Shown piece by piece: positions 52,249 to 63,534 of a stretch of 64,000 bases of DNA. Below the pieces are notes generated by a model. It did not search any database and was not told the origin of the DNA. It saw only the letters and a program-made list of their open reading frames with translations. A program made the position numbers and the translations under genes. Location: positions 169,465 through 233,464 of the forward strand of contig RHPI01000560.1 in assembly GCA_009103225.1 (NCBI GenBank), given 5' to 3'. Numbering within the stretch: position 1 is the stretch's first letter; every line of letters begins with the position of its first letter. Source of the stretch: Chlorokybus atmophyticus. Lineage: Eukaryota > Plantae > Mesostigma and Chlorokybus algae.

Positions 52249-53493
52249 GCAAAGCGTGTAAGCGTAAGGCCGTTTGCGCACTATCTCAGTGCACAATGTC
52301 TGCACACAACTCTGCATAGCTTGCGGAAGGCTTCATCAGATGGCATGTTGTTGACTCATCAGTCTGTTGCAGTGCGTTGCCAATGCATCAGCAGGTTCTG
52401 ATTGGGCTGCATCCCTTGTGACGGGGAATCAGTAGTCTTGGACTGTAGAGTTGCACGGGACACGAACCGCTAGTGCAGCACTTGTACGCCCAGACAGCTT
52501 ATCACCCGTATAGGGCTGCTTTGTATTGTCTCTTTGCGTGCATGGTGGACACGTTGCTATGTTATGTGCATCAGTTGTCATGTTGTATGGGTTCATAATT
52601 GGTCTTCCTTCCGGTGTTGTGCTTGTACACTGCTGACAAGGCAGTCAGAAGTGTGTGCAGTGAATGTGATGATTTTGGAGCTGCAGCTAGCGAGATAAGG
52701 TGTAGTGTACCATGTTGCCTAGGTTTGGCATCACACTACTAACTGTTGTTCAGTCTTGCCGCTATAGCCCGTGTTGTCAGTCGTCTTCGTCAGTGCATTG
52801 CCTGCAGAGTGTTGGGTGTGCGTGCATATAGACTATGCTGCTGTGCGTTGGGTGTGTACCGTGCTCAAACACAGGATTGAGGGGCGGTAGTGTAGGTGGT
52901 AGTCAGTGTTGAGACGTTGAAAATTCAGCCCGGTGGTTGAGTGCAATACGATTGATTGACTGTGCTGGCTGGTGAGTGTGCTGATTGCTGCATGCTTGCT
53001 GCTGCATATGCACGCGATACCTACTGCGACTTTTGTGTGTGCTTGTGTGTCTGGTAATATCAATAGCGTTGTGTTATGATGTTTTTGTACATCTGTGTGA
53101 GCACTTGCTCGATGTATTCTTTGTCTCACGCTGATGTGTTTAAAAGATGCAAGATGCGTGGCCGCGGTTGCTAACGACGCTCTCGGGTTGTGGCAGGTGC
53201 GTTTGCTGCGTCTTCTACTGCCTCTACTACTTTGCTGCCGTTGCATTCACTTAGTGTCGTCCTAGCCTAGGCCCCCTTGCCCCTAGTGTTAATGTTGTGA
53301 GCGGCCTTGTGTTTGTTTGAGTGCGTGGCTTATGCACTGCCTTGCACACAGCCTGCTACCTGGACTCTACTTGCTACCTGGCCCCTCAAGGCTTCAGATT
53401 TGTGCAAGCAGGAACTCGTAGATGCAAATCTATGTGAACATGCAATGCCACAACCACAAAAGTCGTGTACGTAATTGGATGGAGATTTAAAAC

Positions 53494-54033
53494 TACCATG
53501 TTCCGTCGAATACAACCCCCCCTCTATGTGCAGCACCCCCCCCTGAANTCATGTAAACATTGTTACATTAAAAAATTTGATGGTAATATTACCATATTTC
53601 GTCGAATACAACCCTCCCTCTATTACAACACCCCACCCCTGAAGTACCTGGGGGGGGCTTTGTTTGTCATACACACCCCCCTACCCTAATACACCCCCAA
53701 GGGAGTGGGGGGTTGTATAAATGGGTGGAAGCATTGCGTTATCCAGCAATGTTTATACTTTCCAAGGCCGATGCTCATGACCGTGGCATTGCCACGACCG
53801 TGGGCGCTACCACCGCCGCTGCAGGCTACTGCGCCGTACTTCGCAACTGCCGCCTCGCGGTAGGTGCCGAATACAACGCCAAGTTATGTTGCGTCGTGAA
53901 ATTGACGCGACGCATCATAACGCCGCGCATAACCACCCCCTCAATAAAATAGAACACCCCCCCCCCCCCCCCCCCTTTTATACNNNNNGGGGCTTTGTTG
54001 GTAAGGAGGAGTTGTATTCGATGGAATGCGGTA
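53494..54033. mobile_element. Tc1/mariner-pogo-like MITE(s), with a duplicated left TIR
   Basis: TA-CCAT(G/A)TT(C/T)CGTCGAATACAAC at 53494 and 53590; inverted counterpart GTTGTATTCGATGGAATGCGG-TA ending at 54033. Confidence 0.6.
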
Positions 54034-54315
54034 GGTGCGAGCTCGTTAGACTATGGTGTTGTACAAACAATGCGAGACACAATTGCCTATACATAGCACA
54101 TGCCACATATTCTGTACACCATACACCTTCGTGTCGGCTCTGCTCTGCTGGTGGCGGTGAGAGAGCGAGCAACGCTTGAGGGGAAGAAATCACGCACGCA
54201 CAGCACGGCACAAGCACTACACACACGGCCATCTCACCCGCCACCACGCCCTCTCCTTTGCTCTGCTGTGCTGCAGGTGACGCTGCTCCTCGCAGCACTG
54301 CCCACGCACTTGCAT

Positions 54316-54874
54316 TGTAACGGGAAGGTACATTAACTTACCACAAATCGACCATAAAAGCACCAAGTCTTATGTGGTCGAGTGGGCTGTGACATTGGTA
54401 TCGGAGCGACAGCATCACCGGCGACGGTGGTGCTGTGACATTGGTCATTGGAGCTTGAGACCTGGGTTCGATTTCTGCCTTGCACACAAATTCCGCGGTC
54501 GTTGTTTCGCGATCCAATAACATCATAAATGGTCACTTTATAAGTGCCATCATCGATGGGTCGCGACTTGCCTAATGCCAGTTCAGTCGGCGCGGCAGGG
54601 CGCGACCTGCCTATTACGGCGACGCGACCTGTGGGGCCGGCAGCGTTTCGCTATGCGCGTTGACCGGTATGGGCCTAAATTGGCCGGTCCTTGGGTGGTG
54701 GGGCCGGTGACCGACCCTAATGAGACCCTTGGGATGATTCCCCAGCTGATGCGAGCCAGCTGCCGAGGACGTCAGCGTTCTTAAGTGGGGGGGAATGTAA
54801 CGGGAAGGTACATTCAATTACCACAAATCAACCATAAAAGCACCAAGTCTTTTGTGGTCGAGTGGGCTGTGACA
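54316..54874 (+). mobile_element. TRIM (terminal-repeat retrotransposon in miniature), 559 bp
   Basis: 79-bp LTRs 54316-54394 and 54796-54874 (TG...CA, 4 mismatches), PBS TGGTATCGGAGC, PPT AAGTGGGGGGGAA, 5-bp TSD TGCAT at 54311-54315 and 54875-54879, no ORF. Confidence 0.95.
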
Positions 54875-55544
54875 TGCATTCATGTAAAGTGAAGTCGAGT
54901 AGAGCCTTTGTAGAGGTGGTGGTGGTGGTGTGTGAATAGAGTGTATCGTGTTGTGGGTGTTTGGGTTGTGCGCTTGGCGTGGAGTGTTTCATCATGGATT
55001 CATATACTCTTATACACCACACCACACTCATGATGTGATCACTTGCATACTACATAAAAAAAAACAGCTGCTACCCAACGCTTGCGAGTTGTATGGGCTT
55101 AAGCTTAACTTCCGATAATCGCCCGCCTGTTGGTCATGCATGCATGCAATGCAGCAACCTCCGTTACCTGCGCATGCGCTTTGTGTGTATTCTGTGGTTG
55201 AGGGGCTTGGCGAGCCCACGTGCTTACTAAGTTAGTAACGTGGTAGATGTTGACATTGATTTACGCGTTGTAATCAACTCCGCTAAGTGACATTGCAAGC
55301 ACGCAATGCGCACAGACACTGTTGGCGCATAGGCAAGCCACTTCTCGCTACTGTACTCAAGGCTTGAGTACAGTGTCGAGACCTCTAGCAATGTGTGCAA
55401 ACAAAGTGTGCAAGCAAGTGACTGTGCGGGCAGGGCAGGCCGTGCTAATGAAAGGCAAATCACAAATTAGGAAGTTAGTAAAGGCGATGCTGGGCCCCTC
55501 AGTTGCACGCCAAGCAAGGAGCGGCAAAGAAGGACAGCGACGCC

Positions 55545-56134
55545 TGTCAAGTTGACCTCTCGCCTTACCTGCTGAGAGCGTTGTAAACTTGTTCACAAGC
55601 AGTTCAACTTACACACCAACTTGCACACCTTGCAACAAGCAACACCCCCACACGGAGTGGATGGGGAGAGCACCCTTCAACAGCTTCAGCCAGGCACCCC
55701 ACACACATGTAGCTTTGCAAAATCAGTAACTGATTGCCACCACAAGGTGGTGGTCACGCCTTTATACTATCCGCTGCTCTCCGACCTGGCACATATGTCC
55801 GAGGCCAGCAAGACCTCGCCACCTATGCACTGACATGTCAGCACAGGCTGACTTTGTCCACCCTCAAACACATCAACATGAGCAGCACTCTTGCTGCCTT
55901 AGCGACTATGCGCTTGACACTGACCAGTCCTGTACTCACTGGTAGACAGTGCCATGTGTAGCTGCTATGTCCTTATGCAATAAGTATATAATAAGTATAT
56001 AAGCTTTAACTTCATGAATACATATGCCAGGTGCTACACACACTATGATCATACGAAATCCTCACTTAGTCCTTCATATCTACCACATAAGTACAGAACT
56101 GAGAGTGACATAAGCCAGTCCATGGGACGTGACA
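55545..56134 (-). repeat. 3' LTR (590 bp) of the Gypsy element
   Basis: tgtcaagttgacctct...cgtgaca; collinear with the sequence starting at 63535. Confidence 0.9.
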
Positions 56135-56409
56135 TTCCTCCCCACTTGCATTGCAACTCCCATGTTGCAAAATGATGGAGCACAAGCCCCGCACAATGAT
56201 CGCCAGCAAGGTGGCCAACCCTTCAGAACCACCGCACACTACACGTAAAACAAGTGCAAGTCACGGGAGTGACAACCAACTCTAATACTAAGTAACTAGT
56301 GCGCGCATGTTAGCATGTTACAGAAGAGTGTTGCAAATAAATATTGCAACTAGGCACAAGCTGAAGAGCACAAGCTCCTTCAAGTTGCACTTGTGGATTT
56401 AAGCTCACA

Positions 56410-56570
56410 ATCAAACTCTTCCAACTTAGCAGTATAGTTTGCCAAGTTCGACGTTGCTTCCCATAGGTTATTTGCTTCACCTTAACCCAGCCACTTTACA
56501 AGGTATTTAATATGGAAGCCTTTTATGAACTTCCTACCGTTTGCTAATAATGGCCTCAATCTCAACAGGA
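56410..56570 (-). pseudogene. Chromodomain at the integrase C-terminus (degenerate)
   Basis: HPPPPPVEIEAII...KYLVKWLG*GEANNLWEATSNLANYTAKLEEF. Confidence 0.8.
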
Positions 56571-57052
56571 GGTGGAGGTGGATGGACTCTGCCATCACTC
56601 TTGTACGATTACAGTGCCTCATAAAGCACATTGTAGACACGCATGCTCATTGGCAATTCAAGCCAAAAGGCCTACGATCCCGCAGTTGTGGAATTGGTTA
56701 ACTGCCCAAGCCACCAGAGCAGGAGCATACGTACACCATTAGTCTTGAGCTTAATGTTCTTGGTGCTCAATAAGACCTTGTCACCAACCTTTAGACCCTC
56801 TCTAGGCATGTGCTGCTGATCAGCATACATCTTATGCCAATCTTAAGCTGCTCAGCCAGTCTTTGGCACTAGCCAATGCAGCGTGCATCCGCTCTGTAAA
56901 GTCTCCGCGCTGAAGGCACTTTGCTAAATGGCTGAACGTGCAGAGACATAGGCGTCACAGGATGCCTATCATAGTTATAAAGAATGGAGTGTTGTGCAAT
57001 GACTCTTGCTAAGCGTTGCTCACTGCGAATTCAACCAATGCGAGATGCAAAT

Positions 57053-57315
57053 TGTAACGCGGGGCTTAGCCGACTAAGCCATGGTAGCAAAAGTCGCTGC
57101 CATGAGAGGTTGTGTATTGCTTATTAATGCTTCATAAGCCCTTCTTAGCCTATTCCACATTAACCGGCATTACATTCAACCCGGCTTTAACCGCGATTTT
57201 ACCTGCACGTCTTGGCCCTTCATGATCGGCAGGACTTGCTCGCGTCCGGAATGTAATGCCGGTTATGTGGAATAGGCTAAGAAGGGCTTACGAAGCATTA
57301 ATAAGCAATACACAT
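57053..57315. mobile_element. ~260-bp fold-back insertion inside the Gypsy integrase
   Basis: Interrupts the integrase between ...RHY...D and LHLALVEFA. Inverted arms 57111-57177 and 57249-57314 differ by 1 mismatch and 1 indel. Confidence 0.75.
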
Positions 57316-60249
57316 ATCTCCGTTATTAAAACTGCGTAAATAGTAGTGTCGCAGCACAACCTGTAGCACCTGGTTTGCACGCTCCGTCCGCCAATCACTC
57401 TGTGGATGGTAAGCAGTGCTTAAGCTCTGCTTAGTCCCCAAGTACTGACACACAGCTTGCTAGAACTGATCAATAAACTTGGGGGCACACTTGGATTCCA
57501 ACTCTTTTGGTATCCCGTGCAGCTTGAACACCGTGTTCATAAAAGCATACGCAAACTCTTGCGCACTGATGCTAGTGTGACAGGGTTTAAACAAGACAAT
57601 CTTTGTCAGTCCGTCAAAAAGACAATGCTGGCATCATGCCCTCTCTTTGTCTCGGGCAGATATGTGATCAGATCCATGCTCACATGTTCCCACTGATTAC
57701 TTGGGATAACTAGCGGCTTCAATAGCCCTGCTGGCTTACGGTGTGAGACCTTGTCACGCTGACAAGTATCACACGTCTGTACATACTTGGTTGCATCAGC
57801 AGCCAGAGTAGGCCACCAATACTGATGCTGCAGTAGCTTCATAGTTTTGGTTATACCAATGCGACTAGTGTACACTGCGTTATGTGCTTCAAACAAGCAA
57901 TGTTTTCTAATATTGAGTGCATCCGACACAATCAGCTTGCCCTCACGGTGCCACATACTTTTGCGACAAGTGATATTGTCGTCTCCTTGCTTTAGTAGCT
58001 CGACAAACAAGTTGTTAAGTGCATAAGCATGTGGTAGACGCGCAGCGATTTCTTGACATCATCAGCAAGCGGGTCTCCCCCACTTGCATTACAAACTGCC
58101 ATTGGTTCCTCAGTATAAACTAATCCACCTGCAATTGGCAATTGTTCGGCACAAGCCTCACAGGGTCACAAATCAAACCGCCTTTGCTGCTGAGACCTGG
58201 TTGTTGCTGCTCCCATTTTTAGGGTTGTGCTCCCCTTTTTAGGGTGCACACTAGCCCGTGTCATCGCTGCCAACACTAGAGGCGAGCGACATAAGGGATC
58301 TGCCACGTTTCCTCTCCCTGGTTTGTATATCCAAGTGAAGTTGAATCGTGACAAGTACTCAGCCCACCGTACTTGTCTCCTCGACAGGGTTGGTTGGGTC
58401 TGGAAGATAACAAGGGGGTTGTGGTCTGTCACCACTGTAAGCCTTCTTTCCACCCCCTCTGAATAGCAGCGCCACTTCTGTAGCGCATGGACCACCCCCA
58501 ACTCTTGCTGAGTTGTGGTATAGTTTATCTCAGCAGGAGAGAACTTCTTGCTTAAATATGCAAGTGGATGTCCTGTCTGGAGCAGTACTGCGCAAGTGCC
58601 AACCAGGGATGCGTCATTCACAACCTCAAAGTGCTTGGTAACGTCAGCCAACTGTACCATAGGTGCTGACATTAAGGCCTCTTTCATGGACTCAAAGCTC
58701 TTTCCTTGCCCTTGCGCCTACCTCCATCTAATCTGTCACGTGAAACGTTAATGGGGGGTGCAATCCTGGATGAGTAACCTAGGATATACTTCCGCAAATA
58801 GTTGCTCAAACCCACGACGGCACATAACTCGTGCACATTCGTAGGAGCAGGCCACTGTTCAACCTTTGCAACCTTCTTGGGATCAGGGCACACGCCCTTC
58901 GCACTTATAATGTGCCCCAAGAACTTCAGCTCAGTGTTTAAGACTGAGCTGAAAGGTTTTCATATTCACATTTGAGCACGTACGCATAGAACTTGTTGGC
59001 ACGCAATGTGTTCAACACTTCACGCACATGTACAGCATGTAACTCAGGACCCTTACAAAATACCATGATGTCAGCTAAGTACACAAGCACTGAGTTTTTA
59101 ATCATTTTATGGAACACCCGGTTCTTCATAGTTAAAAAAGTGGCTGGCGCATTCGTCAGCCTGAAAGGGAGTACTTGGAACGCCTGTGGGCCACTTCCAG
59201 TACGCAGTACAAAGTATAAAGTACGCAGTACAAAGTACGTGAAATGGCCCACAGGCGTTCCAAATATTGTCTTTAGCACATCTACCGGGGGAATCCGTAT
59301 CTAATAGTATCCACTAATGAAATTCAATGAATTAAATATCGAGGCTCCGCTCAGCTGCTTCAACAAACCATCAAACCTTTGAAATGGGTAACTATTTTTG
59401 ATGATGAGCTTGTTCGAAGCCCTATACTCTACGCACATGCGCAGCCTATCGTCCTTCTTAGATTCGAACATGTTGTATGTACATAATAGGTGCTTTGAAG
59501 GGAGAGCTACTTAGCTCGATCAATCCCTTTGCAAGCAATGCCTTAGATTTGCTTCTCCATGTCCGCATGCTCAGCTGGACTCAGCGTACGCACATGTCCG
59601 ATTGGAGGTTGTGCACCCGTCATGAGAGGGATAGTATGCCTGACTTGCCTCTCAGGTGGCAGCTCAGCTTCAAACACATCGGAGCACTCAATGCAGTGTC
59701 TTGCTTATTGCTAACAGTCTCACCGGCTGAAGTGGGACTCTTCTGGTCAGCACTGGAAGAGGTGAGCACCTTTCTTCATCGCTCTCCTTATCTGCGTGGC
59801 ACTTATCAATAGTGGTAATGCATCACATGATGCACCACTTGGGACAGGGGAGGTGTCATCACATCCCTCTGCTCTGAGGGTCACACGCCCTCTCCCTTGC
59901 ACATGCTAGTGTCTGCGTCTGTGCGCAGGCCATTAGCACGCTCCAACCAGCACCAACAATTACATCAACATCTGGCACCTGTACTGGTACCACAAGAAAC
60001 CTGCGTTTGGCGTGATAGCCTTGTACACGCAAACCCAAACGCACAGAGCCCCGTACTGAGATCCCGTGCTCATCCAATGTGGCTACGACTTTGCTGGCTT
60101 TATGTACATAGACACCCAGCCTTTGTACCCGAGCTTCACTCGCAAAGTTCTCCGGTGTGCCGGTATTGATCATTTAAAAAAGCTAGCACATGTGCGATTG
60201 TTCTTGAACAGCCATGTCAAATCTAAGTAATTTCCCCGGCAAAAAACTA

Positions 60250-62200
60250 GCGGGTCATACATGACACGCGCAGAGCATCCCGAGCCAGTCCAAGCCTTGT
60301 AAATCTCCGATACCACTTGCATACCCTTTGTATATCGTCGCAAATTTTACACGGTGACTGTCCAGGGACTGAGGGACTGACGGGTATCTCACCCTGCCTG
60401 ACCTAACGGATTGGTCCATGAAGGGACTTATAGGACGGCCGGTGCTACTTAGCAACATTTAATCACGGCCAGCGGTTGGCCGATAGCTAGCTACACGCGA
60501 TTAAAGCCTGCCTGCGATGATTAGAACGTGACGTCACCACATCTTCAAGTGACGGCCGATTGCCGGTCGTCTATTTCGCTCGATAGCGACCTATCTAGCA
60601 TAGCAAACAGTTACCTTTCGGTCATTTGCGACCGTCGGCCGCCGGTCGTACCATAACCATCTTACTATATGCGCGGCGGCTTGCCTACTATGGCAAGCCA
60701 GTCATTGTCAGTCCCTAATCCGTGACCTGCCCGCTTGTCGATAAGTGACGGCAGACCACCGGTCGTCCGTTAGTGCAGCGGCGACCAACCGACTACGTTT
60801 ACCAATTAAGTGACCGCCCGTCCTTTATTGCCGGCGAGCAATGCGAAACGATGGTACATGCAACCATCGTACCATACACATGGTACAAAAATCCCATGAT
60901 TACAATATCACAAAAGGTACCATTTTCGTAGTACGATGGTGCCATTGTGACAACGTGTTTGAATCTTTTGTGTTGCCCAAGGTTCAAACGCTCAACAGCT
61001 TTAAGCAAGTTGAACAGTTCAGTTGTGCAGCGGCGGCGACGGCGGTGATGGCGGCGGCGGCGGTGGCGGCGGCTAACAGTACGCAAGTTTGCTTGGTGCT
61101 GTAACGTTGTGTTATGCGCAACAGCGCATGCAGCCTAACCGCCCATCTGATCTCAGGGCGGCCAGGCCAGGCTAGGCCAGGCCATGCTAGGCCAGGCTAG
61201 GCTAAGCTAGGCTAGGCTATGCCAGGCCAGGCGGCGGCGGCGGTATATGGCAAGCAACATCATGCGTATGTAAGTTGTCACAATGTGAGCATTGGTGTGT
61301 ATGTTGCTGTTGATGGCGCTGGTGTGATTGACTTGTGCTTGCAGGAGCGGCGGTGGACAAGGAGCGGCGGCTTAATATAAGGCCTTGGATTATGGTGGTA
61401 GTAGTAGTAGTAGTGGTAGTAGTAGCAGCAGCAGTAGTAGCCGCTCACAGAAGTTCATGTTGTAGCATAGTACCAGTATGACTTGCAACACACATGTTAT
61501 ATATTACTTTATGATTATTTTAATATTGTTGACGACACTCACGCGAGGTATCTAATCATGATTGAACGGTACCCAACAGGTATCTTTGAAAGTACCCTTC
61601 AGCAACGGCAGGTACCATGAGGTACCTGTCAGTTACAATGAGTTAGTGTACAGTCGGCGGTACCTAACTATTAGGTTCCGCTCAGTTACTTGTTAGTTAG
61701 GTTAAGTCCCTTTTGCTTGATTGATGTGTATCCTTACAGGTACCTGTCAATTAGGGTTAATCCCTTTATACAGACGGTCGTCGACTGATGGTAACGGCCG
61801 TTATGCTCAGGCCCCTGTATCGAGATCGCCGGCAGATTAAACAACGACAGTCTGACTGAGTATCTGCAGACCCACGACCATTCTATATATTTAAGTGGCC
61901 GTTAGGGGTAACATTTTGCGATGATAACAGTTATCGACCTCTATACTTGGGCACAATGACACATGCACTTGTGTTATGCAAACTCTTGCTCTTGCATTTT
62001 ACATAGTGCTTGAGCACAATTGACAACTTGCGAAAGGGCGCATTGAGCTGTACATGCTTGCCCACACAGTCATGCATCAAAAAGTCGGAGTCAACAGGCA
62101 CACCCATATTATCGTCCCATACAGCAACATCACATGCGAAGGGAAGGGTGTACATAACCAATAAAGACATCAACACAATGTTGGTAGCTTGCAGAGCCTT
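60250..62200 (-). pseudogene. Dam-like DNA N6-adenine methyltransferase domain of the retrotransposon, split by the DNA-transposon insertion
   Basis: PFACDV...SDFLMHDCVGKHVQLNAPFRKLSIVLKHYVKCKSKSLHNTSACVIVPKYRGR* joined to LLYTKGMQVVSEIY...ARVMYDP. NAPF occupies the position of catalytic motif IV (N/D)PP(F/Y). Confidence 0.65.
60336..61923. mobile_element. Non-autonomous TIR DNA transposon (~1.59 kb), copy 2, 2-bp TSD (AT), nested in the Gypsy MTase domain
   Basis: Ends CGTCGCAAA...TTTGCGATG, flanked by at/at. Homologous to 18250-19773. In-silico excision restores the host reading frame. Confidence 0.88.
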
Positions 62201-62269
62201 GCTGCTAGTCGAGCAGCTCTCCACCCCGTCATCATATGCAATGGGTTTGTCATTAGCGGGGTTGGGGCA

Positions 62270-63000
62270 GGTGACCACTCGATGACCCTTCTCCCCGCAC
62301 TTAAGACCATTTGGCCTTACAGCAAGCACCCTTCAGCTCCGGGCTGACCTATAAAAGGTTGTTGGTGCGCTTCTTATTGGCAGGTTGAAAGGGTTGCTTG
62401 CCCTTGCTGTCTAGGCAACCGCGCTTGCGATTGTTGCCTCTGCCATTGCCATTGCCACTAGCAACTGTGGTGGTTGTCAATGAGGGCTGGCAGCTGTTCA
62501 CAAGAGTCAGCTTCTTGGCCTGGTTGATAATGCGCTAGCTGTTATCATGCTGCACAGTCGTGCGCATCATTACATCATAATAAGAATGCGTGAAGGATTC
62601 AAGGCCTTGAAGGTCAACTGCTTCCGCGTATCCTCTGGCAGAGCAGCCCAGCACTTGTCCATCTTCTCCGCATTAAAGCGGCATGTAAGGGCCGATCTCG
62701 CCACATATTGACTCGATAAAGACAGCTTGTCTGAGATAGTAATGTCCTCCACTGACTGCCCGGGCTTGACTATTAAGCGCCTGAGCTTGTTATGTGCTCT
62801 CGGCAATGGATTTACACCCCCATAGGCCTGCAACATAGTACTCTCAAACACATCCAGGCTCGTGACATCTTTGCCAGCGGCCTCTAGGCGTGGACAAGCC
62901 CCTTCCCACATGCGTGCAGCACTATCCCGCAAGTAGGGTGCCAACTGCGTGGGCCTCATGCCTTGGCAAAACCTCAGCAGCACTCAACACACGCCTGCAT
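62270..63000 (-). pseudogene. Gag (capsid-like region plus CCHC zinc knuckle), degenerate
   Basis: Gag-like ORF 62983-62570 followed by (G)LKCGEKGHRVVTCP (CX2CX4HX4C with the first C altered). Confidence 0.75.
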
Positions 63001-63534
63001 TCAGATAACCAATTACGCATAGCAACATCAAGATCCTTGCCTTTTCCCTCATAAGCGCCTGAAGAACTCAAGGCGTGGTATCATCTTGTGAGCATTGCTC
63101 AACTTAGCAAGCTGCTGCTCATGCTGTTCTTTCATGGTTGTGTTGGCAGCAAACATGGCCTGCACTTGCTTTTAAAGATAAACTACTTGAGCTGCTAGCG
63201 GGTTGGCAGCATGTCCATCAGCCAGAACCATTCTGAAGCTTTTTTGATGTGCACAAGCACGCAATGAGTGTGAATGCAATGATCACACCTCTCAACACTG
63301 CTACGTGTGTATGCAACAATGATGCACACAATGAGATGCCAAAGACAGCATGAAATACAGCCCGCACCTGATATGCAAGTGTGCACGCAGCTAGAACAAC
63401 AAACTAGCATGCAATCTCAGCCAGCAACACTGGTATAAAGCAAATGCAAGCAAAGAATGCAATGCATATGCCAGCAACAGATGTGCAAGCTAATGCACAA
63501 GCATGTAAGGCTTTGAACACTGCGCCGATACCAA

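Noticed and set aside
54455-54492. Bona fide tRNA gene
   Set aside because: Only a T-arm/B-box-like piece; no complete cloverleaf, and it lies inside a TRIM.
54700-54795. Hammerhead ribozyme / retrozyme in the TRIM (CTAATGAG and CTGATG motifs)
   Set aside because: No CUGANGA plus GAAA core with closing stems could be built on either strand.
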